Origin: Pirellulales bacterium
GTDB taxonomy: Bacteria > Planctomycetota > Planctomycetia > Pirellulales > DATAWG01
Direction of reading: 5' to 3'
DNA length: 64,000 nucleotides
Assembly: GCA_036267355.1 (NCBI GenBank)
Contig: DATAWG010000076.1
Coordinates: 60,291-124,290 of the forward strand
The notes beneath the pieces are model-generated. The model saw nothing but the letters and a program-made list of their open reading frames with translations, did no database searches and was not told where the DNA came from. Below are positions 19,457-30,137 of the stretch, piece after piece (the stretch's first letter is position 1; every line of letters begins with the position of its first letter). Both the position numbers and the translations under genes were made by a program.

Positions 19457-20544
19457 AGTTTTCGGTCTGCATTCCGAATTACAATTACGAGAAATACCTC
19501 GGCCGCACGATCCAAAGCGTGCTGGACCAGACCGAGGCGGATTTCGAAGTGCTGGTCTCGGACAACGCCAGCACGGATCATTCGATGGACGTCGTGCATA
19601 GCTTCAACGACCCACGAATTCGCTCGCAGATCAACGCCTGCAACGTCGGTTTCGCCGGCAATCTAGACCGCGTCGGCCGAATGGCTGGGGGCGATCGGAT
19701 GATGCTGCTTTCGTCCGACGATTTGCTGAGGCCCGGCACACTGGCAACGTATCGCGCGTTTTTTGAATCGCTGGGGCCGGCGGGCATGACGGCCGTCGCC
19801 AGCGCCGCGGTCGACGTCATCGATTCCGACGATCGGCCGATCGGGCGCATCGGCTTGCCGGCGAATTCGGTATGGAATGAATCGGACCGTGCGCCGGAGC
19901 TCGACACGATCGCGGGTGGGCCGGTGTACCGCGTCGCCGGCCGCGAACTGCTCCGTCGCTGCCTTTTGACGATGCAGAATCCGTTTCAATTCGCCGCGAC
20001 GATTTATCCACGGTCGCTTTACGAGGCGGTGGAAGGCTACGGCGGCGGGCGGCAATTGAATCCCGACAAATGGTTCCACTGGAAGCTGCTGTCGAAAGCC
20101 GACATGGCGTTTTTCATCGACCGCTCGCTGTCGGCCTACCGATGGCATTCGTCGAATCAGGCTTCGCTACAAGCCGGCAGCGGAGCACTGAAATATCTTG
20201 TCGATGAATATGTATCGACGTTCGAAATCGATGGCCGGCTCCTCCAGGAGATCGGCTTGCAGCGAGCCGAAGTCGAGCGCGCGTTTATCGAATACGATAT
20301 CGGGCGCCACGGCTTGGCTACCCTCGGCCGCGGTCAGCGCCGACTGGCGCGGCGCATTTACCACTACGGCAAGGCCGTGTATCCACAACACACCGCCAAG
20401 AATCGATATGTTCGAGTGCTTAGACTATTGCTCGCCCTCGGGCCGTTCGGGCAGGCGGCTGCCCGGGCCGCCTACCGCTATCGCACACGCGAAAGCCGTG
20501 CAAAGGCTGAGAACGCCTGGGAATTGACTGGATCGTACCGTTGA
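19453..20544 (+). CDS. Glycosyltransferase family 2
   Basis: FSVCIPNYNYEKYLGRTIQSVLDQT...VLVSDNASTDHS. ATGA overlap with the upstream gene. Confidence 0.85.
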   Translation: MKFSVCIPNYNYEKYLGRTIQSVLDQTEADFEVLVSDNASTDHSMDVVHSFNDPRIRSQINACNVGFAGNLDRVGRMAGGDRMMLLSSDDLLRPGTLATYRAFFESLGPAGMTAVASAAVDVIDSDDRPIGRIGLPANSVWNESDRAPELDTIAGGPVYRVAGRELLRRCLLTMQNPFQFAATIYPRSLYEAVEGYGGGRQLNPDKWFHWKLLSKADMAFFIDRSLSAYRWHSSNQASLQAGSGALKYLVDEYVSTFEIDGRLLQEIGLQRAEVERAFIEYDIGRHGLATLGRGQRRLARRIYHYGKAVYPQHTAKNRYVRVLRLLLALGPFGQAAARAAYRYRTRESRAKAENAWELTGSYR

Positions 20545-20947
20545 TTGCCGACATGGGGTTCAGTTTCGACTGCGGGAGGCGATGCTCCCGATCGGCGCGC
20601 CGATTCGCGCAGATCACGGCTTCTCGGCCACGAAACAGGCGGCTCTCTGTCCGGCTTCCCCGTCGGGGCGGAAGGAAACCGCGGACCATGCGGTTCGTTC
20701 GGCGGCTAGCCGGCCTTGAAGTCAGCTCTACTGTCCGCTTTCAGGCGATTCCTCCGATCCGGTATGCAGCGGCGAACCTGAAAACGGTAATCGGACCGCG
20801 ATCACGCACTACCCTCAGCAACTCCGCGACTTAGAATAGTATCATCGGCCTCTCGCGGTACGTGCGGCTGAAGCCGTCGGGGTTAGACGATTTGAACATA
20901 CTTTGGCGCGGTATTTTCGATAGCAGAGGTTTCCGTTGGCAGTCTCG

Positions 20948-22306
20948 ATGAGTTCGAACCAATTTGCACAGCCGAATCGACAGTGGCTTACGGCGATGGC
21001 CGAGCGTGCCAACGCATTGCGCCAAAAACAGGCAAATCGGGTCACCCTCGGTGGGGTTTGGCTGTTCTTGATCGGGCTGACGATTTTTCTCTCCGGCGTG
21101 CGGGCGTTCCGTCTTCCTGTGTTTAATTTGCGCCTGCAGCCGTTCCTGTTTCCGCTAGCCGTGGCGATTCCCATCACGGCGCTGCGAATGGCCAGATTTC
21201 CGACAAGGGCGCTTGTCGGACTCATGCTCTTTTGGGCTCTTTACGCGATTTCGCTGGTCGGACCGAGCATCCAGCGAGTGTCCCCGTTCGAGGACGCCAC
21301 CAAGCTCGCCGCGGGAGTCGCCGTGGTGATCACGGTGGCGGTGCTCGTATCGAGCCGCGCGGATTTCGTTCTTGGCTCGACCGGGCTCGCCCTGGCGATT
21401 GGATTGCTCGCCTTTCGCGGCCTTGAAGAAGAACAAGAAAACATCATCGAAGTCGCGAACAAGAATTCCTATTCGCTGTATGCCCTGCCGGCCGTGCTGC
21501 TGGCGATTTTCATTGCGGTGCGCGTCGATTGGAAGAAGGTTTCTTTCCGAAAGCTTGCCATTCCGGTCGGCCTGGTGTGTTCCTTGGCAGCCGCAATCGC
21601 GATCGTCGCCGGAGCCAATCGATCGGGATATGTGGGACTCGCGCTGATCGTTCTGATGATGGGTTTCTATTTGGTGTTCAGCCCCAGGCTTCGGCTCGGA
21701 AAGAAATCGCAAGGAGCAGTTCTGCTGATATGCCTGATCGCGGCGGTGGTGGCCGGCCTGGCCTACAAAGGGGCCGAAGTGTTCGAGCACCGCTATGAGC
21801 AGACCGTACAAGGAACGGAATCGGACACGCTACGGATTCATCTGTTTGAAACAGCGTTGATTATCGGCTTGGAGAATCCGATTCGCGGCGTCTCGCCACA
21901 AGTCTTGCCGGTAATGTTGGCGCACCGCCTATATCCAGACGTGAATCCCGGGAACGGCGTCGAAACCCACAATGTCTTCGCCCACGTCATCGGCGGATCG
22001 GGTTTTATCGCGATGGGTGTTTTACTGTATGTCGCCTGGACATTGTGGTTTTGGAGGTCGCCGAACAAGCGATCCCGCGAAAGCGCCGCGGATTTCTTCG
22101 ATGCCCGTTGGTTACTGCGGATGATGGTTGTGTTATGGGCGGTCCGCGGCGCGTTCAGCCAAGAAATTCTATACAATCCGGGCTTTTGCATGGGTCTGGG
22201 ATTGGCGATCGGTTTGTGCATGGTCGAATTGGAAACATTGAAGAAGTCGGCGACATTCGGTCCCGCGATAGGGCGAATACTGCCGGCAAGCGCGGCTCGA
22301 TCGTAA
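20948..22306 (+). CDS. O-antigen ligase/polymerase-like membrane protein (Wzy-like)
   Basis: More than 10 hydrophobic segments, with a central GANRSGYVGLALIVLMMG region typical of the Wzy_C family. First ATG in the ORF. Confidence 0.7.
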   Translation: MSSNQFAQPNRQWLTAMAERANALRQKQANRVTLGGVWLFLIGLTIFLSGVRAFRLPVFNLRLQPFLFPLAVAIPITALRMARFPTRALVGLMLFWALYAISLVGPSIQRVSPFEDATKLAAGVAVVITVAVLVSSRADFVLGSTGLALAIGLLAFRGLEEEQENIIEVANKNSYSLYALPAVLLAIFIAVRVDWKKVSFRKLAIPVGLVCSLAAAIAIVAGANRSGYVGLALIVLMMGFYLVFSPRLRLGKKSQGAVLLICLIAAVVAGLAYKGAEVFEHRYEQTVQGTESDTLRIHLFETALIIGLENPIRGVSPQVLPVMLAHRLYPDVNPGNGVETHNVFAHVIGGSGFIAMGVLLYVAWTLWFWRSPNKRSRESAADFFDARWLLRMMVVLWAVRGAFSQEILYNPGFCMGLGLAIGLCMVELETLKKSATFGPAIGRILPASAARS

Positions 22307-23689
22307 TTGCTTGTGCGGCTTCGCCCTGGTTTATTATCGCGCCGCAATTTGGTGAAAAACCGCATAGCTGTTGCGCCGAACATTGACACCCCGGCGAACT
22401 TGCCTTCGGACGCGCGTTCGATCGCGGAATCGTTCGCGGCTCCGGCTTTTTTGTCCGCCGAGGAGCGTCGCCGGTTGAAGGCGATCCGCGTCGGCTTTAT
22501 CAGCGGCCGGTTCTGCTTTTCCGGCGATGGAATCTGGGCCGATGCCGGCTTGGGACGATTGCTCGATGCGCTTTATCCGTGGTGTGGCCGGCTGACGGCG
22601 GCCCTTTGCCAATCCGATCAGCCGCAACCGCTCTTGGATCATCGCCTGCAACTGTCGCCCGACGACGTTCTGCGGTTGCCCGATTTGCCTAGTATCGGCC
22701 GCGGCTTCGGCAAGATCGCGTCTTGCCGGCGGGTTATTCGCGCGGTCGAAGAACGATCGGATGTGGTCATCGTTCAGCTTCCGTTTGCGGCGACGCTAGC
22801 GCTCGCCGGAGCGCGGCGGCCGCGGGTGTACCAGGTTTGTGCTGACATTTGGGCCTTCGCGAGGCGTTCCTCGCGGTTCGCCGGTTGGAAACGCCCGCCG
22901 GCGCTGATCGCGGGGGGGCTCATCGATCGGTTGCAAGCCGGCTTGTTCCGGCGCGGCGACGTGCGCGTCGTGACAAACGGGACAAAGTTGCGAATGCATT
23001 ATGGCCAACCGCCGGGAAGGGCGGTGATTTCGTCGACGATCCTCGAACCTGAAATCGGCAGCGCGTCGCGATCCCGGCCGGCCGATGCACCGTGGCGGGT
23101 GCTGTACGTTGGCTACGTTCGGCACGAAAAGGGAACCGATTTGCTCGTCGATGCGTTCAGCCGGGTGTTGGACGCGATGCCGCATGCAGAGTTGGAAGTG
23201 GTGGCGGGGCGCGATGAAGCGGGTCGCGGAATGGCTGCCGGATTCGAGAAGTCTTTGACGGCACTCGAGAAAAAAGGGACCGTGCGATTTTTGGGGCATC
23301 GGAATTTTGGCCCCGACTTGTTCCAATGCTTTGCGGATGCCGATGTGCTGGTCGTGCCAAGCCGAACCGAGGGAACGCCGCGCGTGTTGGTTGAAGCGCG
23401 GGCATTCGGTTGCCCTGTCATTGGCACATCGGTTGGCGGCATTCCCACGTCGATCACCGACGGTGTCGACGGATTACTGGTGCCACCAGAAGATGCTCCG
23501 GCGCTGGCGGAGGCCATACTCCGCTTGGCACGCGATCAGCCCCTTCGAGAGCGGCTGATCGCGGCCGGTTACGAAACCGCCCGCCGGTCGACGGTGGAAG
23601 TATTTGCCGCTGGAATTGCCGAAGAAGTGGCTGCGCTCGCGGCCCTTGATGTCTCTCCTCGTCCCTCGCCCCTGGCCCCTCGTCCCTAA
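22307..23689 (+). CDS. Glycosyltransferase family 4
   Basis: VVPSRTEGTPRVLVEARAFGCPVIGTSVGGIP...GLLVPPED. No ATG near the 5' end, so a TTG or GTG start is assumed. Confidence 0.75.
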   Translation: MLVRLRPGLLSRRNLVKNRIAVAPNIDTPANLPSDARSIAESFAAPAFLSAEERRRLKAIRVGFISGRFCFSGDGIWADAGLGRLLDALYPWCGRLTAALCQSDQPQPLLDHRLQLSPDDVLRLPDLPSIGRGFGKIASCRRVIRAVEERSDVVIVQLPFAATLALAGARRPRVYQVCADIWAFARRSSRFAGWKRPPALIAGGLIDRLQAGLFRRGDVRVVTNGTKLRMHYGQPPGRAVISSTILEPEIGSASRSRPADAPWRVLYVGYVRHEKGTDLLVDAFSRVLDAMPHAELEVVAGRDEAGRGMAAGFEKSLTALEKKGTVRFLGHRNFGPDLFQCFADADVLVVPSRTEGTPRVLVEARAFGCPVIGTSVGGIPTSITDGVDGLLVPPEDAPALAEAILRLARDQPLRERLIAAGYETARRSTVEVFAAGIAEEVAALAALDVSPRPSPLAPRP

Positions 23690-23692
23690 TCC

Positions 23693-25393
23693 ATGCCCCC
23701 GCGATTCATCCTCGGTTTGCACTCCGGTCACAACGCCAGCGCCTGCATCGGCGATGAGTCGGGCTTGATCTATGCCGTTCAAGAGGAACGGCTTCGCGGC
23801 GAAAAGAACTATTGGGGCACTCCGACGCGCGCCATGGTCGCTTGCTTGCGGCATGTCGGGGCGGCTACCGCGGATCAGCTTTCAATTGCCCACGGAGGCA
23901 ACCAAGCGATCTGCAAATACCATAGCCGAGACGACGTGCTGCGAGCGTATCGGCGGCGAAAGTCGGTATGGGGACAATTTCGGCAGCGAATCGCCGTGCC
24001 GTTCGTTATCGGGCTACGGCCAAATTGGGGCCAGCAGCGACTAAAGGCCGCCCTCGCAGCCGCGGATTTCGGCAGCGTCCCGCTTTCCTTTCACGACCAC
24101 CACACGACCCACGCCGCAACTGCGTATTATGGCTTGCGGACCTCGCCCGACGAGAAATACTTGGTGCTCACCTGCGATGGCGACGGCGACCGATTATGCG
24201 CGTCGGTGCGCATCATGGGAGGCGGCGACGATCGGTTGGTTGCCGCCACCCATTGGGACAATTCGCTCGGCGCGCTGTATTCGTGGATCACGTTTGGAAT
24301 GGGTTTCGTCCCGCTGGAACACGAATACAAATTGATGGGGATGGCGCCCTATGCGTCGGACCATGCGGCCGCGGAAATGGCCCAGGTGTTCGCCAAATAT
24401 CTCCATCTCGATGCGGAGCGGCTGGAATTCCGCCGCAGCACGTTTCGCCGAACCAACGATCTCGCGGAAAGCTTGTTTCGAGAACTGAAAGGGAAACGGT
24501 TCGACCATATCTGCGCCGGATTGCAGCGGTTCACGGAAGACCTGCTGTGCCAGTGGACCGCCGCGGCCGTCAAGGCCACCGGCGTGCGGCGCGTTCTGGC
24601 GGCCGGCGGTGTGTTCATGAACGTGAAGGCCAACAAGCGGATCGGCGAATTGGATGGTGTCGAATCATTCGAAGCATTTCCTTCGTGCAGCGATGAAACA
24701 CTCTCCATCGGCGCATATTATCTCGAGGCCGCGAAGCGATTCTCGCCCGACCGGTTGCCGCCGCTAAAGCACTTTTATCTCGGCGACGATCTCGACAAGG
24801 TCGACACGGCCGCGGCGGTTCGCAGTTCCGGTTTCCATTTCTCTCAGCCGGCCGACATGGCGGCGACGGCGGCCGAGATTCTCGCCGCCGGACAGCCCAT
24901 CGCCCGCTGTGCCGGTCCGATGGAATTTGGAGCGCGGGCCCTCGGAAATCGCTCGATCCTCGCCGACCCGCGAAATCAAGATGTCGTGCGCGTAATTAAT
25001 CAGATGGTCAAGAAGCGCGATTTCTGGATGCCCTTTGCCCCGATGGTCATGGCGGCCAGGCAGGACGAATACCTGAAAAATCCGAAACGGCTGACCAGTC
25101 CGTACATGATGATGACGTTCGACACTCGCGACAATTTCCGCGAAATGATTGCCGCGGTGCACAATGCCGATTTGACGTGCCGGGCCCAGATTCTCGAAGC
25201 CGACCAGAATCCACCGATGCACGCCATCTTGCAGGCCTTTGCCGAGCGCACCGGCCGCGGCGTGATTCTCAACACGTCCTTCAATCTGCACGGCTGGCCG
25301 ATTGTCCGCACCGCCGCCGACGCGCTGCACGTGTTCAAGAATTCGGGTCTGGAATACCTGCTCGTCGGCGAATATTTAGTGCGAAAAAAATAG
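23693..25393 (+). CDS. Carbamoyltransferase (NodU/CmcH family)
   Basis: ILGLHSGHNASACI, HHTTHAATAYY and C-terminal NTSFNLHGWPIV. 566 aa. Confidence 0.9.
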   Translation: MPPRFILGLHSGHNASACIGDESGLIYAVQEERLRGEKNYWGTPTRAMVACLRHVGAATADQLSIAHGGNQAICKYHSRDDVLRAYRRRKSVWGQFRQRIAVPFVIGLRPNWGQQRLKAALAAADFGSVPLSFHDHHTTHAATAYYGLRTSPDEKYLVLTCDGDGDRLCASVRIMGGGDDRLVAATHWDNSLGALYSWITFGMGFVPLEHEYKLMGMAPYASDHAAAEMAQVFAKYLHLDAERLEFRRSTFRRTNDLAESLFRELKGKRFDHICAGLQRFTEDLLCQWTAAAVKATGVRRVLAAGGVFMNVKANKRIGELDGVESFEAFPSCSDETLSIGAYYLEAAKRFSPDRLPPLKHFYLGDDLDKVDTAAAVRSSGFHFSQPADMAATAAEILAAGQPIARCAGPMEFGARALGNRSILADPRNQDVVRVINQMVKKRDFWMPFAPMVMAARQDEYLKNPKRLTSPYMMMTFDTRDNFREMIAAVHNADLTCRAQILEADQNPPMHAILQAFAERTGRGVILNTSFNLHGWPIVRTAADALHVFKNSGLEYLLVGEYLVRKK

Positions 25394-25498
25394 GGTTTTC
25401 TAACGAACGAGAATCCTCCGAAGGGTGAGACGGTCAAGCGGCTCGCGAAGCGGTTCTTTATTTGTTGTCAAACGAGCAAAGGCGGTTGAAACACTAAA

Positions 25499-27397
25499 AT
25501 GTGCGGGATTTGTGGAGTTGTCGGCGTGGCGCCCCAGGAACCGATCGACGAGGCCGGCTTGCTGCGCATGCGCGACAGCATGACCCACCGCGGCCCCGAC
25601 GACGCCGGCCATTGGCTGACCGCACACGTCGCTCTCGGATCGAGGCGTTTGGCGATCCTGGATCTTTCCGACCGCGGCCACATGCCCATGAGCACCTCCG
25701 ACGGCCGGTATCAAATCGTTTACAACGGCGAAGTCTACAACCATCCCGAACTGCGGCGGATGCTGCAATCCCGCGGCCATTCGTTTCGATCGGGTACCGA
25801 CACTGAGGTGCTTTTAGCACTATTTGCCGAAGAAGGGCCGGCCATGCTCGATCGGCTCAACGGCATGTTCGCGCTGGCCATTTGGGACTCGCTTGATCAA
25901 AGCCTCTTTCTCGCCCGCGACCGGTTCGGCATCAAGCCGCTGTATTACGCGGTGGATGAGCAATTGCTCTATTTCGCGTCGGAGCAAAAGGCGCTTTTCG
26001 CGGCCGGATTGACCCCGCGCTTCGATCCGACGACTTGGGAAGAATTGCTCGTGTTCCGCTATGTCGCCGGTAGCCGGACGCCCTTGGCCGGCATATCGCG
26101 GCTATTGCCGGGGCATTGGATGCGATGGCGCAACGGCGCGGTTGAATCATGCTGCTGGTGGAGTTTGTCCGATCGCGCGAGCGCGGTTCGCGAGAATTTG
26201 CCGGCCGACGCCATCCGTTGGTTCGGCCAAACATTCGACGATTCGGTTTCGCTTCGCCGAGTCAGCGATGTGCCGTTGGGCGTGCTCCTCAGCGGCGGGC
26301 TGGATTCCAGTAGTGTCGCCGCCTCGCTGTCGGTTCACGGCGGCGCCGGTGTTTCCAGCTTCACCATGCGCTTTGCGGAATCCGACTACGACGAGGGACC
26401 GCTGGCGCGGCAGGTGGCCGATCGATGGGGACTCGCGTTCCATGAATGCCGCCTCTCCGCCGAACAATTGTTCAGCCAATTGGAGCACGCTTCATGGCTA
26501 AACGACGAGCCACTGGCACACGGCAACGACGTTCATTTGTGGGCCGTTAGTAAATTCGCGAAGCAGCACGTCACGGTCCTTTTGTCCGGCGAGGGATCGG
26601 ACGAGTTGTTGGGGGGCTACGTTCGGTATCAGCCGTTGTTGCACCCTTGGTTGATCGCTGGTGCCCGGAGGGCGCTGCCGCGGATCGCGCGGGTGGTGCC
26701 GCTGCGTGGCCGCCTCGAGAAACTCAACCGGTTTATCGCGTTGGGGCCGCTGGACAACTTTGTTCTGTTCAATAGCTGCGACGTATTGCCGGCGGATTTA
26801 CGCACGATCGGCTTCGAACCTACCGGCCGCTTCGAATATCGGGAAAACGTTTTGGATGCCGCTAAGCGGCTCTATCCCCGCGAGCCGTTTCGGCAGGCGA
26901 TGTACAGCGATCAACATACGTTTTTATGCTCGCTGCTGGATCGAAACGATCGAATGACGATGGGCGCCTCGATCGAATGCCGCGTTCCTTTCCTGGATTA
27001 TCGGTTGCTTGAGACGGCAGCCGCGCTGCCGACGCACACGCTGCTCTCCCGCTGGAAATCGAAACACTTATTGCGTGCATCGGTCGGATCGCGACTCCCT
27101 CCGGCAGTTCTTCAAGCACGGAAATGGGGCTTCGGCGTGCCGTGGCGCAGTTACATGCGAGATAAGTCCGAATTCCGCGAGTTGCTCGATCAGTTGACTC
27201 GGTTGGAGCCGATCGCGTCCGGTCCGTTCGATCTGCGGAAACTGCGCGCCCTGATCGACGAGTTTTTTTCCGGCAACGACCGTGGCCTGTTGTTGCTGCG
27301 TCAATTGGCCATGGTGGCAATTTGGCATCGGGCACATTTCGGGCGACCTAGCATGACGTTCGGCGGCGCGCCGGTGCCCAGTTCGGCCCTGCGATGA
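25499..27397 (+). CDS. Asparagine synthase (glutamine-hydrolysing) family amidotransferase, second copy
   Basis: MCGICGVV N-terminus and SGGLDSS PP-loop. 632 aa. Confidence 0.9.
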   Translation: MCGICGVVGVAPQEPIDEAGLLRMRDSMTHRGPDDAGHWLTAHVALGSRRLAILDLSDRGHMPMSTSDGRYQIVYNGEVYNHPELRRMLQSRGHSFRSGTDTEVLLALFAEEGPAMLDRLNGMFALAIWDSLDQSLFLARDRFGIKPLYYAVDEQLLYFASEQKALFAAGLTPRFDPTTWEELLVFRYVAGSRTPLAGISRLLPGHWMRWRNGAVESCCWWSLSDRASAVRENLPADAIRWFGQTFDDSVSLRRVSDVPLGVLLSGGLDSSSVAASLSVHGGAGVSSFTMRFAESDYDEGPLARQVADRWGLAFHECRLSAEQLFSQLEHASWLNDEPLAHGNDVHLWAVSKFAKQHVTVLLSGEGSDELLGGYVRYQPLLHPWLIAGARRALPRIARVVPLRGRLEKLNRFIALGPLDNFVLFNSCDVLPADLRTIGFEPTGRFEYRENVLDAAKRLYPREPFRQAMYSDQHTFLCSLLDRNDRMTMGASIECRVPFLDYRLLETAAALPTHTLLSRWKSKHLLRASVGSRLPPAVLQARKWGFGVPWRSYMRDKSEFRELLDQLTRLEPIASGPFDLRKLRALIDEFFSGNDRGLLLLRQLAMVAIWHRAHFGRPSMTFGGAPVPSSALR

Positions 27398-27501
27398 ACC
27401 AGCGGCCGCTTCACCTTTATCATCGACTCGGAAGCCGGTGCCCAACGGCGAGGATGAGCCGAAGAAGTCACACGCATTGCTAGCGCCGTGACCGAAGCGA
27501 A

Positions 27502-28890
27502 ATGAGCATACTTGACGACATTTATCAGGCTTCGCCGGTCTTCCTCCAATCGGCGATGGTTACGGCCTATGGAGCCGCTTGGTATGCCAGACGCTTCGGC
27601 CGTCACTATCGCCGCAAGGTGCGCGAATTGTCGTCCGCCGAGCGATTCACCAAAGAACGATTTGCCGCATGCCAACTCGCCGCACTAAACCGCATCGTCG
27701 GCTTCGCGGCGCAGGCTCGCTATTATCAGTCCGCGTTTGCCAGCGCCGGAATCGCTGGACCGCTCAATTCGCTTGACGAATTGCGCCGCTTGCCGACGCT
27801 CAGCAAGCAAACGTTGAGGGAACGGCCGCGTGATCTGCTGACCGGCGCTCCGCCCTGGGGCACGAAAATCCTCCGTTCGAGCGGAACTACCGGCACCCCG
27901 ACCGACATTTACTACACGCGGCGATTTCACCAAGAAGGTTTGGCCTACTTTCAATCTCGGCTGCGAAGTTGGGCGGGCATCGGACACCGCGATCGGCGCG
28001 CCATGTTCGGCGTCCGAAAGGTTTGCAACTTCGCTCAAGTCGCTCCGCCATTTTGGCGGCCAAGCCCAGTCGAGAATCTGGTCTATTACTCGATCTACCA
28101 CCTTAGTCCAGCCAATTTGCCCCATTACGCCGAGCACCTCGCCCGGTGGCAGCCGCGATTGATCATGGGTTATCCGTCGGCGCTTAATTTGATCGCTCGT
28201 GATCTGCTGGAAAGCGGTCGCCGTCTGTCGATTCCGGTCGCGATCACGACATCCGAAACCGTGACGCCTGAAATTCGCGCGTCGATCGAAGCCGGGTTCC
28301 AGTGCAGGCTGTTTGACCAGTATGGAGCTGTTGAGGGAACTCATTTCGTCTCGCAGTGTGAACATGGCCGATATCACGTGTCGCCCGAACGCGGAATTAT
28401 TGAGATTCTTGATGGGGACTCCCCGGCCCCGCCAGGTCGCGAGGGAAGAGTTGTGGTGACCGGACTCGAGAACACGCTTCAGCCCTTGTTGCGGTACGAG
28501 ATAGGCGACGTCGCGCACTGGGCGGAGGAACAGAACTGCCCCTGCGGGCGGCAAATGCCGATTCTCGGCGGTATTCAAGGGCGCTACGAGGATTACTGCT
28601 TGCTTCCCGATGGCCGACGGATGGTGCGGTTCGATACAGTATTTAAGGGTGTTACGGCGATCATCGAGGCCCAGGTCGTGCAAGAGGAAGCCGATCTATT
28701 CACGATCAATGTCGTACCGACACAAGACTTCTCGCCGCCGGATCGGCAGAAGCTGCTCGATAATTTTCGCCGGCATGCTGGAAACGTGCGTGTACAAATT
28801 GCAACCGTCGATCGCATTGCTCGCACCGCGAACGGAAAGTTTCGCGCCGTCATCAATCGCGTGGTCGGCACCGACTCGCGAGACCTATGA
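27502..28890 (+). CDS. Phenylacetate-CoA ligase / F390-synthetase / CapK-like adenylate-forming enzyme
   Basis: SSGTTGTPTDIYYT AMP-binding motif and C-terminal GKFRAVINR. 462 aa. Confidence 0.8.
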   Translation: MSILDDIYQASPVFLQSAMVTAYGAAWYARRFGRHYRRKVRELSSAERFTKERFAACQLAALNRIVGFAAQARYYQSAFASAGIAGPLNSLDELRRLPTLSKQTLRERPRDLLTGAPPWGTKILRSSGTTGTPTDIYYTRRFHQEGLAYFQSRLRSWAGIGHRDRRAMFGVRKVCNFAQVAPPFWRPSPVENLVYYSIYHLSPANLPHYAEHLARWQPRLIMGYPSALNLIARDLLESGRRLSIPVAITTSETVTPEIRASIEAGFQCRLFDQYGAVEGTHFVSQCEHGRYHVSPERGIIEILDGDSPAPPGREGRVVVTGLENTLQPLLRYEIGDVAHWAEEQNCPCGRQMPILGGIQGRYEDYCLLPDGRRMVRFDTVFKGVTAIIEAQVVQEEADLFTINVVPTQDFSPPDRQKLLDNFRRHAGNVRVQIATVDRIARTANGKFRAVINRVVGTDSRDL

Positions 28891-30137
28891 CGACGCCGCG
28901 GCTGTGCATCCTTACGCAATATTTTCCGCCCGAAATGGGTGCCCCGCAGGCGCGACTCTCCGAACTCGGCGAGCGATTGATCGACTTTGGTTGGCACGTC
29001 GAAACGCTCACGGCCCTGCCGAACTATCCCACCGGACACGTATTCGACGGCTACGACCAGCGGCGCGTGGCGGTCGAGCAGATCGGGCGGATCCGCGCGG
29101 TGCGAGTTCCGCTCTACACGGCCAAAACCGGATTCGCGAAACGATTGCGGTCGTATTTTTCGTTCGCGGCTTCGGCTTGCCGCTATGGTCCGCGCTGCTG
29201 CGCTCGGCCCGATCTCTTGTGGGTCGAATCGCCGCCGCTGTTTATCGGCTATGCGGCGCGCTATCTCCGTTGGCGATGGAAGTGCCCGTTCGTGTTCAAT
29301 GTCAGCGATCTCTGGCCCGAATCGGCAATCCGCATGGGCATCGTTAAGCCGGGGATCGCCACGCGCATGGCCGAACGGCTCGAACGGAAGATTTACCGCA
29401 AGGCCGCGGGCGTGACGGGGCAATCTTCCGAAATCATCGAGGCCGTGCGGCAGCGGGCACCCGGAGTGAAAGCGGAGGTGATCACCAACGGCGTCGATCC
29501 AAACCGCTTCGGGCCAGCATTGGCGGATGCGGAATCCCGGGCAATGCTGGGTTCGGAGCCCGGTCCGATTTTCATTTTCGCCGGCTTGCTAGGGCTAGCG
29601 CAAGGATTGGATCAGATACTCGATCTGGCCGCATCGCTGCCGGCGGAAGTGCCGGGGCGGTTTGTGCTCGTCGGCGAAGGGCCGGCGCGAGAACATTTGC
29701 TCCAGCGGCTCGAGCGGGAGCGAATTGGCCGCGTGAAGATTCTTCCGCCGCAGCCGCGCGCGCGGATACCCGCGCTATTGGCATCCGCCGACGCCGCGAT
29801 CATCAGTTTGGGAATGGTGATTCCCGGCGCGGTGCCGAGCAAGATTTATGAGGCGATGGCATCGCAGTTGCCGATCCTGTTGATCGCGTCCGGCGAAGCC
29901 GCTCAGCGCGTGGAGGAAGCCGACTGCGGAATCGCAGTTGCGCCGGGCGACGCTGCTGGAATCGCTGCGGCCTTCGCTCGATTGGCAGCCGATTCCGAGT
30001 TGCGATCACAACTCGGCGACGCCGGCCGACGCGCGGCGGAAACCACTTACAACCGTGATCAAATCGCCGAACGATTGAACCGTTTCCTGTTGCAAATGAT
30101 CCCCCGGTCCGCTGCCGCGGCAAGGAAAGCATCCTAA
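28887..30137 (+). CDS. Glycosyltransferase family 4 (WcaI/WbuB-like)
   Basis: LCILTQYFPPEMGAPQARLSELGERL...LPNYPTG N-terminus. ATGA overlap with the upstream gene. Confidence 0.85.
   Translation: MTTPRLCILTQYFPPEMGAPQARLSELGERLIDFGWHVETLTALPNYPTGHVFDGYDQRRVAVEQIGRIRAVRVPLYTAKTGFAKRLRSYFSFAASACRYGPRCCARPDLLWVESPPLFIGYAARYLRWRWKCPFVFNVSDLWPESAIRMGIVKPGIATRMAERLERKIYRKAAGVTGQSSEIIEAVRQRAPGVKAEVITNGVDPNRFGPALADAESRAMLGSEPGPIFIFAGLLGLAQGLDQILDLAASLPAEVPGRFVLVGEGPAREHLLQRLERERIGRVKILPPQPRARIPALLASADAAIISLGMVIPGAVPSKIYEAMASQLPILLIASGEAAQRVEEADCGIAVAPGDAAGIAAAFARLAADSELRSQLGDAGRRAAETTYNRDQIAERLNRFLLQMIPRSAAAARKAS

Noticed and set aside
20545-20947. About 400-bp gap between the GT2 and Wzy-like genes as a possible small gene or RNA.
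   Set aside because: No ORF has a credible start or Shine-Dalgarno sequence, and there is no striking structure. It is most simply an internal promoter or leader region of the locus, so it is not reported as a feature.
20948-22306. Considered whether the polytopic membrane protein could be the missing exosortase for the PEP-CTERM protein.
   Set aside because: Its size, helix count and central GANRSGYVGL region fit Wzy/O-antigen-ligase-type proteins. I see no exosortase-like Cys/Arg/His signature. It remains annotated as Wzy-like.
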